DNA from: Mytilus californianus
Taxonomy: Eukaryota
DNA length: 64,000 nt
Assembly (NCBI RefSeq): GCF_021869535.1
Contig: NW_026262684.1
Span: forward strand, 62,001-126,000
Reading direction: 5' to 3'
Shown here: positions 1 through 13,895 of the stretch, piece by piece
How the letters are laid out: each line of letters opens with the position of its first letter
Position numbering within the stretch: position 1 is the first letter of the stretch
The notes under the pieces: generated by a model
The model's database searches: none
The model's input: only the letters and a program-made list of their open reading frames with translations
Told to the model about the DNA's origin: nothing
Translations under genes and position numbers: made by a program

Positions 1-26
1 TGTAATAATTGAGACATCAGGTGGAG
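1..26 (-). CDS. Gene C exon 3, 5' part (start of an Ig domain)
   Basis: Acceptor ttttcgttAG at 27-28, then CT CCA CCT GAT GTC TCA ATT ATT ACA (PPDVSIIT). Matches gene B exon 3 start (PPDVSINT, 46396). Confidence 0.8.
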
Positions 27-3000
27 CTAACGAAAAGAAACTGGACATGAAAAGATTTTAATGTTAAATTTATTTTGAAGTTATGGGCAATATGTTTAAG
101 GAGAAATAAGACATTTAATTACAACATATTAACATGATTAATACATGGCACTAACACTCAATATACCCATTTGAATATTTTGCTTCCATCAATGGTCGTC
201 CTAAATACAAAATATTCGTTATTCAAATGTTTCAAAAGTTGAAGCAAATGTATCACAAACTAACACTGAAAAATGTACATCATCTAAGTAATAATAAGTA
301 TGCGGGAAGTAACATCATCGGTTTTATCTGTTAACATAATTTAACGTCTCAGCTTTCATGACTTCACCTTGATTTACAGATTGGCATATCAAAAGGCATT
401 TGATAATTGTTGCAGGTCCAATTGTGACGAATGGATGTTTAAGAACTTTTGAGTCGTTTGGTTGCTGACGTATACGCTGACGCGTATACCCAACTTTCCC
501 CCTTTTTATATCAGACCATGACAACAACATTACTTCAAAGTAATATTATGCTAGTATAAAATCATTCCTAACTAGTTCTACGCTTGATAGCATGAACAAT
601 TGATATAATTATCTATGGAAGAAAACAAACAAAAAACTATTATTAACATTTAGCATATGGTCTGCGAAACGTAACAGTAAAATATTACGAATTATCGACG
701 CAAACCATGCAACTTACATACATTTGTACAGGTAAAATCGAAAACAGGTGCATTTAACTCAGTCTATGATTGCAGGAATGTTATGTTGCAATCAACATGT
801 AGGATAATTAACAACTCGGGAAATATACTTCGAGCAGATATTAACTTCATGTGCAAGCTTTTGCAAACATAAATGGTTAAAACTGAATAGCATAGATACA
901 GTTGGAATCAGTTTAAATCTTCAGAAACTATCAGGAGAACTATTCTTCAACAGTTTATAGAACAGTTCTACTCTCACCTTTGGAACAATTTTCGATAGTA
1001 CTTTTCGTTTGATACAGGTATTTATTTAAATTATTTAACGAATTTGTGTAATTCATATATTCAATTTACTGATTGTTTTTATTGTAATTTTATTTATTCT
1101 ATTTATTTCGTTGTATTAATCTTATTCATTTTATTTATCTGTTTTCAATTATTTAGTATTGTTTATAAAAAAAAAGTGTTCCTGGACCTGTATAAACTTG
1201 TATAAATTTCTTTATAAAGAAAACATACTACTAGTCATGTTTATAATAATTACGATAATATACACTGCTAATGTTTTTTCTATATAAAAAACAAATATAA
1301 TGAGTACTTACTCTGTATGAGAACTCTGTAAAAACGACTAATTGTTGTGTCATTTTCTACGTATTGACAATGGTATTTTCCTTCATCATCAGACGAAAAT
1401 TTTTTAATCATTAATTTACAAGTTCTGTTCTTATAACTTCCCACAATATAATATTTTGATAAGTTTAATTTTGAATTACGTAGCGTCCCCTGTGAATATG
1501 GCATTAATGTTTCCTCGTCCAGACCGTTTATCCTTGATGCTGACTTATTTGGTCCATCCCAGAGCCCGTTTGTTTGATTGGTGCATGTACAATTTAAGAC
1601 AACTGTATCACCTGTTTTCACAAATACTTCCTGTATGATTCCTATAGATTATAAAAAAAAAGTTATATCGTTAGAACTTTAGTAATCCACAAATGCAAAC
1701 AGAAACGAAATATTTTTTTCTGCCTGTAAAATGCATTAATGCCTTATATATATTTATGGGCTATTGATCCATAGATATATATTTGTGTGGAGTATGTCTA
1801 ACGAGAGATTGCAAATAACATGATTTATTGATTGATTGTGTTTAAGTCACTTTCAGCACTCTTTGCTATATCGCGGCGGTCAATTATTTAGGTGGAGGAA
1901 GCTGGAGTGTTTATGGAGAATCACCGACAATCAGCAAGAAAATTGGCGCTACAATTTTGAAATATAGATAACATTATAAATCCAGCACTTTAACCTACTG
2001 ATTGAGAAATCAAAGGAAACCTATTGCTCATATAAGCGTCTTTTGGTACAAAAATAGATGAAGATTGTTATAGAGTAATTAATATGTCATACAGAAAGCT
2101 TTTCTATCAAAAACATATTAAAACTTTATTCAAAGTGTTGTAGTTCGTACTTAAATCGTAGTTAACATTTTCGTGTTATCTTATTGATCTTAGTCAAGTG
2201 GACTGTTAGTACCGCTGGATATGACCAGACTAGAAGCTTGTACTTTTGTTTTCCTTGCAAATACAAAAATGATTTCATTGTAATTTGGTGTTATGAAGTT
2301 TTGAAATCTATTTTAAGGATGTTGGCTGATCTTAATGTTGTTTTTTTGTAAGATATTCGAAAACCTCTGATGTTATCCATGTATTTCTATTACAAGTTTT
2401 GCCCACTCACTCCTTCTTTTCTTTTCATATTTTGATTACATACAATTCAAAAAGCCAGTTTTGAAAATCTTATAAAATCCTTGTTATTATTTCATAGTTT
2501 TTGAAAGAAAAAAAGGATGTCATTGTTAGATGCAAGAAAAATCTAGAAAGAATCATTTAACTATATACATGAGATGGATTATATCTATATAAAAAAAGAA
2601 GGACACGGACCTCTCATTTTTGTTTTTTTTTTTTTATCTGAATATACTATCAAGTTATAATATTTTGAAACAGAGCAGACAACATCCTTATATACGAAAG
2701 TATTTTCCTCATGCATAGCTGTAAGTCGTTTTCCTGATTTGGCAATACTTTTGGCACTTTTTAGGCTTTTAACCTTTAACATTTGTAATAGGCTTTGATT
2801 TGAAATAGTTTTGCCCACCATTTTTACTAATATAAATATAACTAAATGATTTCATCCTAATTTTTGTTGTAGCATTTTTCGATATATAATAAAAAATTTT
2901 ATGTCTATCATTTAATGTATCAATCATGATAGTAGAACAGTTTTGTTCCTAGACAATCGCTGATAGTTTTATTGGTCTTACAACGGCTGATTATTTTGCA

Positions 3001-3084
3001 TATTACTATTAAGACTTATATTATATTACCTGCAACCTGCAACACTTTCAGGAATACAAAAATAAATTTCTTTCTGTCCCACAT
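1..3084 (-). CDS. IgSF receptor gene C, partial (exons 3030-3084, 1312-1641, <1-26; continues off the left edge); recent paralog of gene B
   Basis: GT-AG bounded phase-1 exons splice in frame to MWDRKKFIFVFLKVLQVAG-IIQEVFVKTGDTVVLNCTC...DEGKYHCQY...VLIQ-TPPDVSIIT. Colinear with gene B exons 1-3. Confidence 0.85.
1312..1641 (-). CDS. Gene C exon 2: V-type Ig domain
   Basis: 330 nt, acceptor ctatAG (1642-43), donor GTAAGT (1306-1311). Has B-strand Cys (LNC), C-strand Trp (LWDGP) and the D-x-G-x-Y-x-C motif (DEGKYHC). Confidence 0.92.
1822..1940 (-). mobile_element. Truncated V-domain-type SINE with (AATC)n tail
   Basis: Plus strand gattgattg...cgcggcggtcaattatttaggtggaggaagctggagtg...gagaatcaccgac. 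Same family as the cleaner copy at 25479-25662. Confidence 0.6.
3030..3084 (-). CDS. Gene C exon 1: putative signal peptide
   Basis: 55 nt (18 codons +1), MWDRKKFIFVFLKVLQVA-G, donor GTAATA. Conserved in gene B (54873-54927). A polypyrimidine-AG 2 nt before the ATG suggests an upstream UTR intron. Confidence 0.65.
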
Positions 3085-3466
3085 GTCTAAAAAAAGAAAG
3101 TAGAATACTAATTGGTTTATTTCAGTTTAAATAAATTGTACAGATTTATATCATATGGTCTATTTTACTTGCTTTACGTTATTCTAAATATAAGAATCTG
3201 ACATTCACTATATACGTAAAAAGTTTTACCTGTTTTTTCATTCTTTATTGTGTTTTCCCCGTGTTAATTACATACATTAAATTTATTGAGCTATAATCAT
3301 TTGACATCCACAATATTTAATAACATAAAAACTTCCTTCTAAAATCACTGCCGGTCACGGCAAAAATATTAAATCGGAAATTGGATTTCAATAGAGATGT
3401 ATCAATGAACACTATTTTTTTAATATTCAGTATGACGCTTCATATTATTCTTGTAGTGACGTATTA

Positions 3467-4994
3467 TCTATATTACTAAATGAATAGAGTTGAAATTGGG
3501 TGTCGCGTTTTCTTCTTTCACATAAAATCCACGAATATTACTAAATGAATAGAGTTGAAATTGGGTGTCGCGTTTTCTTCTTTCACATAAAATCCACGAA
3601 TATTGTTTTATACCATAAAGGGGTAATGACCAGTGTAGTTTATTATGTGTTCATTTCAAGATCTTTTTGGGGGTATTTGGGGGTTAAAATCGAACAAAAG
3701 CCAGTTCGGATCGACCATCCTTCACGACGTTCGGCTCTGAAATTTACGTGCCGTCATCATTTCCGTCATTGCACATCTGCTCGGCAAAATTAAATTTAAT
3801 TTCGTAGCAGATACAGTTAATATTGACCTTACACTGAAACACTTTGTGATAGCCATTCCTTTGACGCTCTCAGCAATTTAACAACAGATTTTTACACGTC
3901 AAGAGCTTTTCCTTCTGGGGAACTTTCAACATGAAAAGGGTGGGGGGATTACTTCAGTTTTCGGTTAAAAATGTGTACCGAAGTGCGGCTGGAATGTGAC
4001 CCACCCCCATTCATATATTAATGCATAAAATTTTCAGCCCACTCATATATAGGGGTGGTTCTGAGCACGGAAACACTTGAAATCAGGAGCCGATCCAGGA
4101 TTTGAAGGGGGCGCAAAATATTGTTCCACCGAGAGGAGCGTGGTGCAAAATCCTTTTGGGTAAAAATGTCAAAATTAAACCAGGTTTTTAATAGAATGGT
4201 GCAAACAAGATATTTGATCAACACAAAAAACATGTGATGAAGATTGGTTCATTAGCAACAAATGATTTAAGATTTCAGTTTAAAAAGGTGTAAACGAGAT
4301 AATTTGCCAATCGGAGGGAGGTGGGAAAATTACTATTATATAGTTTGCAGTTGAAAAATAAATGTGATTTGCTATAACGAATGTTCAACTGTGTTACTGT
4401 CACCACTTATTGATAATGGTTATTTGAACTCTTCCATATTTAGAAGCACCAAAGAGGTCACCCAATAGAGGGTTGGTATAATGACACCACGTTCACATCC
4501 CGTATTAGGCACGGACCATTTGATTTTCCGTGGGATGGGGCTGGGATTGTCATCCGCACCTGGATTTTTTATCATTCAATGTTTTCCCTATGTGTTCAGT
4601 ACACAAAATTTATTTCCAAAATTTTTTGGGGGACTGGCAAAACTGCTTGAAGTGCTAGACAGATTTTTTATTTTTACCAAATCAGGGTCAGGATATTTTT
4701 TGTAAAAGATCCCAGTCAGTTTTCACTCTATATGTCACCAATTAAAGGTATTTATAAACGCATATTATATTGATCAGTGCAATGCATCCAGGGTATAGCA
4801 ATGACATAACATATGATTAGATCACAAACGCCAATAGTTTCTGTCGAGAAGACTATTCTTTTGGGTGTCATATTGAGTGGTGGTATTTCGTCTGTGACAC
4901 GCTTCAAAAAGATTTAAGATCTTAATATCGCCTTACACCAAAACTATATATCTTCAAATTATGAACCAAAGTGTATTTCGCGGGTATTTTCTAG
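3467..4994 (+). mobile_element. Non-autonomous Helitron-like insertion
   Basis: Starts A|TCTATATTACTAAA and ends cgcgggtattttCTAG|T, with no TSD. Absent at the paralogous site (about 55300: cgtattg|tatgtttt). The subterminal hairpin is not clearly intact. Confidence 0.7.
3470..3604. repeat. Exact 65-bp tandem duplication at the 5' end of the Helitron-like element
   Basis: ctaaatgaatagagttgaaattgggtgtcgcg...aatccacgaatatt occurs at 3476 and again at 3541. Confidence 0.95.
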
Positions 4995-7275
4995 TATGTT
5001 TTATTTGAAAAGCGAATATGTAATATTCGACAATAATCTTAACACTGGTTTTGTCTGTTATTTTGACAATAATATGTTCAATTCGATCTCGATATATTTA
5101 TGGTTCTTGTTTTTTTCCCTCACTAATTAATCTAGATATAAACGTTAGAAATCACTGTCCAGTTACAATATAAATGTTACAGTGACTGCACGAATTAAGA
5201 AGCAAATGAATTGTAAGATGATGAAAAATACAAGTCATTTTGTGAGTAATTTATCATATCAGCTATATAAAGGGGGTGCTATTGTTTTTCTCTTGTTTCA
5301 AAACATTTATCACGGAGAAGCAGATTTTTTTTTCACAATCTTTTAACGAACTTTTCAGAATAATTGTTTTCTCTCCTACTCTTCAAAAGAATGACCTTTC
5401 GTTCTGAAAGAAAATATAGGTATATGAGAGACTAATAACGCCGAATAAAAATTAAAAAATAATTCATGTAAGCCATAGATTTGTTGGAAATGTTCACATG
5501 GCCTGAGGGAGTTGAAACCCGTATTAACATATAATAAAAACCTATTCTTATCTTTATCATTTAGAAACTAAGGTCCAACTCCCTGAAGGCAATTCTAGCA
5601 ATGAAGTAATTTGCTTCGAACCCACACACTTTATAAAGTATTATTGTCATAATTATATTCAATATGAACCTGCGTGTGTAGACTTATTTTGTGTCATTGG
5701 TTTTCCAGTTTTTTATGTAGCTAATTCCTTTTATTTCCCTGTTAACGTAATATGTATATAGGAAACAATTCAGATACAAAATGTGCCATCGTTTCCTGGG
5801 GTCAATTGCTATTGTTGTTTCAAAATTTTCCAGCCCTTATCAATAATAATTTCCTTGTTTGATTGAAAATAATTCTTGGGTTCTCCATAATGCAAATTTA
5901 TATTTAAACTTGACATTCTGTAGAGTTATTTTAAACATACAATTTAAATTTCATCTTGACATAAATGTTTACCGAATGTAACACTAACTCTCATTGCAAG
6001 GACTCGCGTAGTTTTGGTGTATTGTACGAACTTAACTTAACAATCTAATCTGTGAAAATGTACTTGCACTGAACGACGAACTGCAACCTTATATATATTC
6101 ATAATTAAGAAATTGATACTCAAGAGGTCAATGATTTAGATTGACTACAAAATGAACATTTAAGTTTTGATATTAGATGAACTTTTTATAACTAAATCAA
6201 CAATGAATACACAACCTTTGAAAAACGATATGTTACATAACTAGTCTAATAGATAAATACATAATTTATTATCTATATGAAACAGAAATAGTATAAATAG
6301 TGTTTGTTTTTGCTACCATTTCTCCATGTGTTTCTCCAATTCAGCTCCTTGCACTTTTTGTTTATAACCACCAAGGATTTTAGAAATAATCGACTAATAA
6401 AATCGTGTGGTTTTAATCGCCATATTGCTACGAAAAATCATAGTATTTTGAAAATTTTGTAAAACGATGAAACTGTATTGATGTATTTCAACATTGGCAA
6501 GATTAATTGGTTAATTAAAATTTTCATAAACTTCACCACTTGATTGTCTCTGTTTCAACATTTTTCTGAAAATCGTTGTTATCATTTATTACTGATGTGT
6601 CGTCACGATTGTCTGTTGAAGAGTTAGCACTTGGTCCAAATATCATATTATTATGATTTATTATCCTTCATCATCATAAAACTGTTTTGGATCACCACGT
6701 TGGATTTCTTCTCGCGCCACAGAAAGCCAAAAAATTAGTGAACCAATTCAACCAATTACAAATCATCCAATAACACTGCCAAGTATTAACCAGAAAAAAA
6801 CCGGTTGTGTCAGCAAATTTATATTCCTCATTTTAAAATTTGATAATATAAGACTTAAATAGTTTTTTTTATTGTATACGTGATAAGTTAACTGGGTTCT
6901 CATATCATTACGATAATTGTTAGTATTGGTTATATTTACTGGAAGGATAATCATAAAACAAATATTGAGCGTTTCACAAAAAAATAAATCCTGTTCATCC
7001 TTCAACACCCGTTAAACACCCAACCCGTTACAATAGGACTGTACAAATAGTATAAACATCACAACCTGGTCAAACTTTGATCGGAATTTTATCCGAAATG
7101 AAGAGTGTATGATTCAACGTGCAAAAAATACTAAAAAGTGGTATGCTTTCCGTGGTATATGCTGTATTATTAAATGATATGAGCAAATCAGCCCTAATAC
7201 GGATAAATCAGCATGTGCAATACTGATAACGTTGCCTGTCGATATAAATCAAGAGTTACTATTGCTTTTCAGACA

Positions 7276-7305
7276 GGGCCAATACGGAAAAAGCCGTATT
7301 GGCCC
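7276..7305. other. Perfect 12-bp-stem hairpin GGGCCAATACGG-aaaaag-CCGTATTGGCCC inside a copy-1-specific segment
   Basis: Directly visible. Related GGGCCAATAC motifs at about 7190, 7308, 7389 and 7421. Confidence 0.8.
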
Positions 7306-8923
7306 ATGGGCTAATACGGGACGTTCAATTCCGGTTTCAATTTTCTTACGCCTTACATAACTTTGGACGTATCTACTCTTCGAGTCTCGGGTCCAATACA
7401 GCTGACCTCGAATCTATAACAGGGCCAATACAGAAACAGCCAGTTAATAACACTATAATATGCTTCTACAGCTTATAAATTCATTATAACGTATTTGAAG
7501 TTTATGATTATATTTGTGTTATAATGTAAATATTGTGTCTGGTATTGGTAGGATTAATATCCTTCATGGTTTATGACTTTGCTGTATTACATCTTCTAAA
7601 ATATATTGCTTCCAATTCTAGAGAGAACTATAGAGTGCTCTCCTATTAGAATGGTTAACTCTTTTAAGCTGGTTTTCATTGTTGCGGATGTTGTTTGATA
7701 CGGTAATATTTATAATTGTCTCGTGATGGTCTTGTCTTCAATGTCATAATAATAGTTTTGAGTGTCTTTCTAAATTAATTTGACTTTTATATTCTAAAAT
7801 AAAAAAAATATCACCTATGCATGTTTGCTTTCTGTTTCATTATAGGAGCACCACTATAAAAACAAACACACTGTATCGGCACAGATTGATGTATGCCTTT
7901 ACTGACCCAGTCCATCAACCTTGCCGTGCAAAGGTCTTAGTACGCGAAAATGAACCTTCCCAAAAATCATGATAAATGCAATGCAAATAAAACATACATT
8001 TGCAATCACCCAATAATGTTTTGAAGCTCGAAAACGTATTTCAACATAGTGGCAATTTTGTTTTCATGTTATTTTCTGGCACACGATAGGAACCTCGTCA
8101 ATTGTTGTCGTTTGTTATATATTCTTATGTTATATTTAATTTACAAAATCTGATTCTGATGGTCGATCTCTATTATTTACTACTAGATGTATACTTAAGT
8201 CGATTATCAGGTTAATGTTTCTCAGAATGTTTTTCTATTGTTGGAGACCAAATATTTTTAGAGATCGTGCAAACTATGTATTTCTGGCAGCAATTTTACA
8301 AAAAGGCTGTTCAAATCATAAAGTACCACGTCGAAAAATATTGCAAAGAAATGGCATTTTCTTTTCAGAACAGGTGTAATACTTTTCATTACTGCGAAAG
8401 ACTATTGTGTCGTGTTATTGAGTCTTTAATTAAATTCAAGACAGCATTATTCATTATTTCTTTGTTCTATATTACATTGTTTCATCAAAGCAAGAGTCTG
8501 TATCTGTACACGAATACTATTACTTAAGCCTGCAATCAGTACTTTCTGCCAACAGTTCAGTTACTAATTTGACAGACACATCTTTGTAAATTATATGCTG
8601 AAAAATTGGCATGTTTTTTCAATGCTTAACTATTTTCAAGATATGTCAATATCCTCATTTTGTTACTGTATGATTTTTAATAAGGTAAAATATATAGCAT
8701 ATTATTATTCATTATTCATTTGTATTACACAATATAGTCCTCTATATGCATGGAATAATTTCTCAATGGGCTTAAGGCAAGTAACAATCAATGAATTAAG
8801 CATTACACAATGATATCCTTTCATACAATCAGTGCAAAGTTTGCTTGGAATTCAGAAATAATACACCATATATATTTTTAAAAAGATATATCGATAAAAT
8901 TGGAAAACAAAATATGAACCTGA

Positions 8924-9110
8924 TAGTTAGTTTTCTCGTTTGAATTGTTTTACATTTGTCATTTCGGGGCCTTTTATAGCTGACTATGCGGTATGGGCTT
9001 TGCTCATTGTTGATGGCTGTACTGTGACCTATAATTGTTGATATGTGTGTCATTTGGTCTCTTGCGGAGAGTTGTCTCCTTGGCAATCATACCACATCTT
9101 CTTTTTATAT
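8924..9110 (-). repeat. High-copy dispersed short repeat (head gatgtggtatgattgccaa..gagacaactctcc); class unresolved
   Basis: Further copies at 14597-14960(+), 15283-15490(+), 38010-38298(-), 58304-58496(-, paralog of this copy) and 63095-63158(-, fragment). Confidence 0.85.
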
Positions 9111-12100
9111 GATGAATAGTCAATAGTTATATGTGTCTGAAATAATTTGTCTTTAAACTATATCATTTATAATTTCTATGAGAAGGAGTTTGAAAAATGA
9201 AATACTATTTCTTTTCTGCATTTAATGTGACGGTGCTAATTTTCGGAAAGGTTATATGTAAAATGGAACAAAAGATCATAATAATCACATTATCTATTTT
9301 CACTGGGGTCAGTCGTTTCAGAAGGGTGACGACGATGATATGAACTAAGACAATCAACTACTTTTAAAGGCGATAAGTCATAAAGATCCCTTGGTAGGGT
9401 GAAACTATCTATATCAAATACTCAATTCACAACTTCTTAAAGGCATCTCTTTTAGAGGAGGATCCAACAATACACACGGAGACGAACCAAGATGGATATG
9501 ATAAAATAGCTTTACAGAATTCCACAACAAAATAAAACTTTTAATATGCTATACCATATCGCATGGTGACTGGAATCTAGCGTATAGCTTGCATATTTGA
9601 CACTCTGTTTGGTTAATCAGGCTAAACAAAGATAACACTGAATATATTTTTTCTTTATCAATTGCATTACCAAAAAATGTTGGTGTGAAATCTTTTTAGT
9701 TGTTTTAACATTTGACTGAACTCTATTTGAATCTCACTTCTCTCCTCTGTTGGTAGTAAGTAAACAAAGAAGGCCAAATCTAACAGATACAATGTTCCCA
9801 CGTTCATTCATACGCGCAGGTTAGGTGGAAGATAAATGTCTCACGATTAAAGTATTTCTATAATAGGATACAGTATCACTTTTAGTATTTCTATTAACAG
9901 AATCTATCAACATTATAAATGAAGTCATGGTCTATGAGCAGAGTAATCGGTACAAACTTATAAATTTAATTCGATGAATGTGTTTTTCTATTCCAGTTTA
10001 TCTGTAAGTTGCATTAAACATTGATGCATCAATGCAAAGTACTCGCTGTTTAAAGATATTGGAAATAAATATAAATGTGTACCTTGTATATTATTTACAC
10101 GTTATGTTGTCGTTTCTGCGTTCCAACACACTCACAAAAGACGTTTTTTTTTGCGTTTAACCTTACTCATAGATTATCTAATGTAAAAATGCATGGTTGG
10201 GGTCTTGTTGCGCAGTCAGTTTTCTACGCAGTATTTTGTAAATTGTTATTTATCTATTTGTTGTTTTTATGGTTTTTTACCATGACGTTGTCAGTTTGTC
10301 CTCGACTCCTGAATTTGATTATCTTTTGAGTATTTTCCGCCTCTCTTCTTCTACCGTCACATCATTTCCTTTGAAATAAATGTAGTACATATACATATAC
10401 ATATACCTACTTTGTTCGATAAATACTTTATAAACGACAATCTGAAATAAGACTGTTTAACGAACTTCTATCTAAACCTAAATACCAAAATGTTAGAATC
10501 ATTCTATACTTATTTACCAAGCTTAAATGAATATAAATGATTTAATAAATAGAATAGCACATGAATAGGATAAGTGTAGCAGCCTTCGATATCTGTTATA
10601 ATACATATTCTTCGAACTAATGTCACTTCATTATAACCTCACGCATGCACTACCAATCTAAGCATATCAAGTATATACACAATCAACATTTTTTCTACAA
10701 AAGAGGAAAAATATATTTTTGTAAAAGTTAATATAGTTATATACCCACATTAACAATAATCGACTCAAACAGGATGGGTGGGTCGGTAAAAATAATAACG
10801 AACTGCTGTCACATAAACTATAGGCAAAGTTCGATTAACTTCAAATACTTCATCCAACCCGTTTCGTAATACTTAACCATGCCCTTCATGAATCTCAAAA
10901 GCCGCATTGTGGATATATTCCATCGCATCATAACAGACATAAACACAAAACATGTGCTTAATATAAACACAAACATGTGATTATAGTAAACAATAACATA
11001 ACCGTTACTTCATCATGTGACCAATAACTTTAATAAATAAGTATTAAGTAGTTATCGTTTCTTTAGTGTTTGCTAAGTACCTCAAGTATTACGATGATAA
11101 AAAGATTAAAAGTTTTGATAAGTGTTTTATCCAGACAATTGACTTCAAACTAGCTGTAAAGACTGGGAAATGAATTTATCTAAATGATAATGATCACCTA
11201 GTTTGATGAAGTTTTATGTCGCCGCTTAATCTGCATCGCTCAGCTACATGTAAACTTTATATTTGAGTCTTTCTTTTTAAAATCATTCAACGACATTTTC
11301 GTGTTATTTATATACATTACGATAAAAATCGACTTAGTCGTTAGTTTTATTGTGAAGTGACTAAAATCAAAATCATAATAGCGTGATACATAAATACATT
11401 GTCACGTAACAAGTCCTAAGACTAAACAAAATGCAATTGTACAACGACAAACAAAGACAAATTTAGTAGCACTGATTTCATGGAGGAGTACAAAGAAAGC
11501 ATATATGTTTGGTTTCAGTGTGATGTGACTTATCATTTGACATCGGAAATTACATTGAATTAACCGGCAGTAGAAAATCATCCAAGAAGACAAACTATGG
11601 CATGGTATTGGTTGCAAAAATTTAATATTTTTCATTTGAATGCAATATTTCTTATTTGATCGGTATATTTCTTCATTTAAATGCAATATTTTTTTATTTG
11701 AATGGTATATTTTTTCATTTAAATGCAATATTTTTTATTCAAATGGTACAATTTTTCATTCAAATGGTATAATTTTTCATTCAAATGGTATAATTTTCGT
11801 TCAAATGCAATATTTTTTATTCAATTGGTATAAAATGTCATTTGAATGCAATATTTTTTATTCAATTGGTATAGTAGTTTTTTTATTTATATGCAATAAT
11901 TGCATCATGGGAAATTCTTTGACGTCATAAGGTCAAATTTGCAACAACGTTTGTGATTGGTCGGTAGTTGTTTGGATTTCTCCCCTTTCTTTCTAAACTT
12001 GAGTGACCAAGAATTAAAAAACGCGTCAGAATATCGCCCCTCTAACTAAATTTGGCGTTCGTGCAAGTTCGTGCACTGGCTGTTAATGCCAATAATGGCC

Positions 12101-13834
12101 AGGACGAGCAAAAAATGCGAGTGACAAGTAATAATAATTAATTTGACACACAACTTGTTCATTGATAGAAACAGATGCCTGCGTGCATGGCCAAAACACC
12201 TCCAATAAAAACCTTTTCTGAAGAAACTCTCCTACAGTCTACACATTGAAATAAAAACAAAATACAAAGCTAGTCCCCCTCCCCCTTCTAAGTCCAGATA
12301 CATGTAATCATGACGTTCTTTAGTGCTATATCATTTTTTACTTTTCTTGATCCTCAGATCCTCAGAGACGTTGCAGGAAGCACACATGAAAAAAGAATAA
12401 AAAGCATCCAGTACGTTACAATTATTTGGACTTAGCCCAATCTTTTTTACTACATGTAGAAAAAAAATCACCTAATTACGACAGCAGAACCAGAAACCCA
12501 CAAGTAGAGACATAAGCTGTTATACTCCGGAGCTTATTCTTTAATAAAGACAATTCAGGATAAATTGGAACCAGTTACTAACCCATGTTACAACAATAGT
12601 CCTAGGACACAGGACTGCACTATATGAGGCGTGAGCTTCATATTTAATACTATCTATAATATATGCTCTCATGTCTCATGCTGCAAATCATTTTACATTT
12701 AGGATTCGTTGATGAGCTTTTTTTTAATGTTCTCGTCTCCGAATCCCTTAAATAGATTTTTTTTCAAGCCCCACAGTAGTTCAATAATTACTATATGTCT
12801 TTGCATAAATAAGTATGCAGGGCATATTTCAAAACATATTTTATCTTCAGGACTTTTAAATAATTTACTTTTCAATACTGCATTGGGAAGGGGTGTTTAC
12901 AAGTTTATTTTGTGACACATTATATAATAATTAGGTATCCAACAAATTATATGATTGTACGTTTAACTAATATTTAGACCCGTACACAATGTATAATTAG
13001 ACACATTTAACAGTGGGTAGGGGTTTCAGATCAAAGATCGTTTCTATAATTCAATATCTTTTAGTTTTTACCATTTCACTCTATTCTTTATCCTTTGATC
13101 TCTATTATAGTTGTTTTAAACATGCGTGACATATTTGCCACTGGACATAAGGCAACCAAAAGTCAATCAACGTATTCTGTATATTTCATCATTTCTTTAT
13201 TATGTTATCTATAGGTTTGGTCCCGCCCCTTATCTATTTTTTTGCTCATTAGGGACGACATCAAAAGTTCAATGTAGGATAAATAAACTTAATTAATATA
13301 TTTATATTATATTAATTAATGTATGCTAGGACTTATAGATAGACGTCATTAGTCCCAGGTCATGTAATAAAGTAGGTCTTATAAAAATACAATAGCATTT
13401 TAATTTTAATGATTATATATATATGTTCATATATTTATTAATGCCATTTATTTGGAAAAAAGGGTAGGGGCAAGGCGTTTTTAAAACGTATCAATGGGGC
13501 GCGTTTTTTGTTTTTTTGTTCTTCGGAAGTGAGCCAGAAGAAGTCCATTTCTGTTTTTTTTTGCATTGGGAAGATCTTCTGGCTCTCTTCCACCTCTTCT
13601 TTTTTGATAGGTTGACGGCAGAGGCACATAACAAACATGGCGTCGTTTAGTCTAAATGAAATTAATAAATTTATGAATGCAGATATATTAGAATGTGTGC
13701 TGTTTTATAAACGTTTTTTTGGTATGACAGCCTTAGTAGGACATCCCTGTAGGACGATAAGTTGGATAAATATAAGAACTACACGGACAATAACAGTTAA
13801 GGGACGATTATTTGATATTCTAGGGAAGGGATTT

Positions 13835-13895
13835 TGATTGATTGGTGTTTAACGTTACTTTCAACACTATTGGGCTATTCCGTGGTGGTCAGTTT
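13835..13895 (-). mobile_element. V-type SINE 3' fragment inside the foldback element
   Basis: gattgattggtgtttaacgttactttcaacactattgggctattccgtggtggtcagttt, similar to the tail of 25479-25662. Confidence 0.55.

Larger units (their letters stand above)
1..11373. repeat. Segmental duplication copy 1 (paralogous to about 46371-60907)
   Basis: Colinear blocks throughout, e.g. 1~46371, 1921~53765, 5430~55730, 7645~57018, 9301~58690, 11340~60880. Interrupted by copy-specific insertions. Confidence 0.95.

Noticed and set aside
11402-11930. ORFs 11402-11728, 11640-11930 and 15820-16074
   Set aside because: Low-complexity readings of the foldback minisatellite arms.
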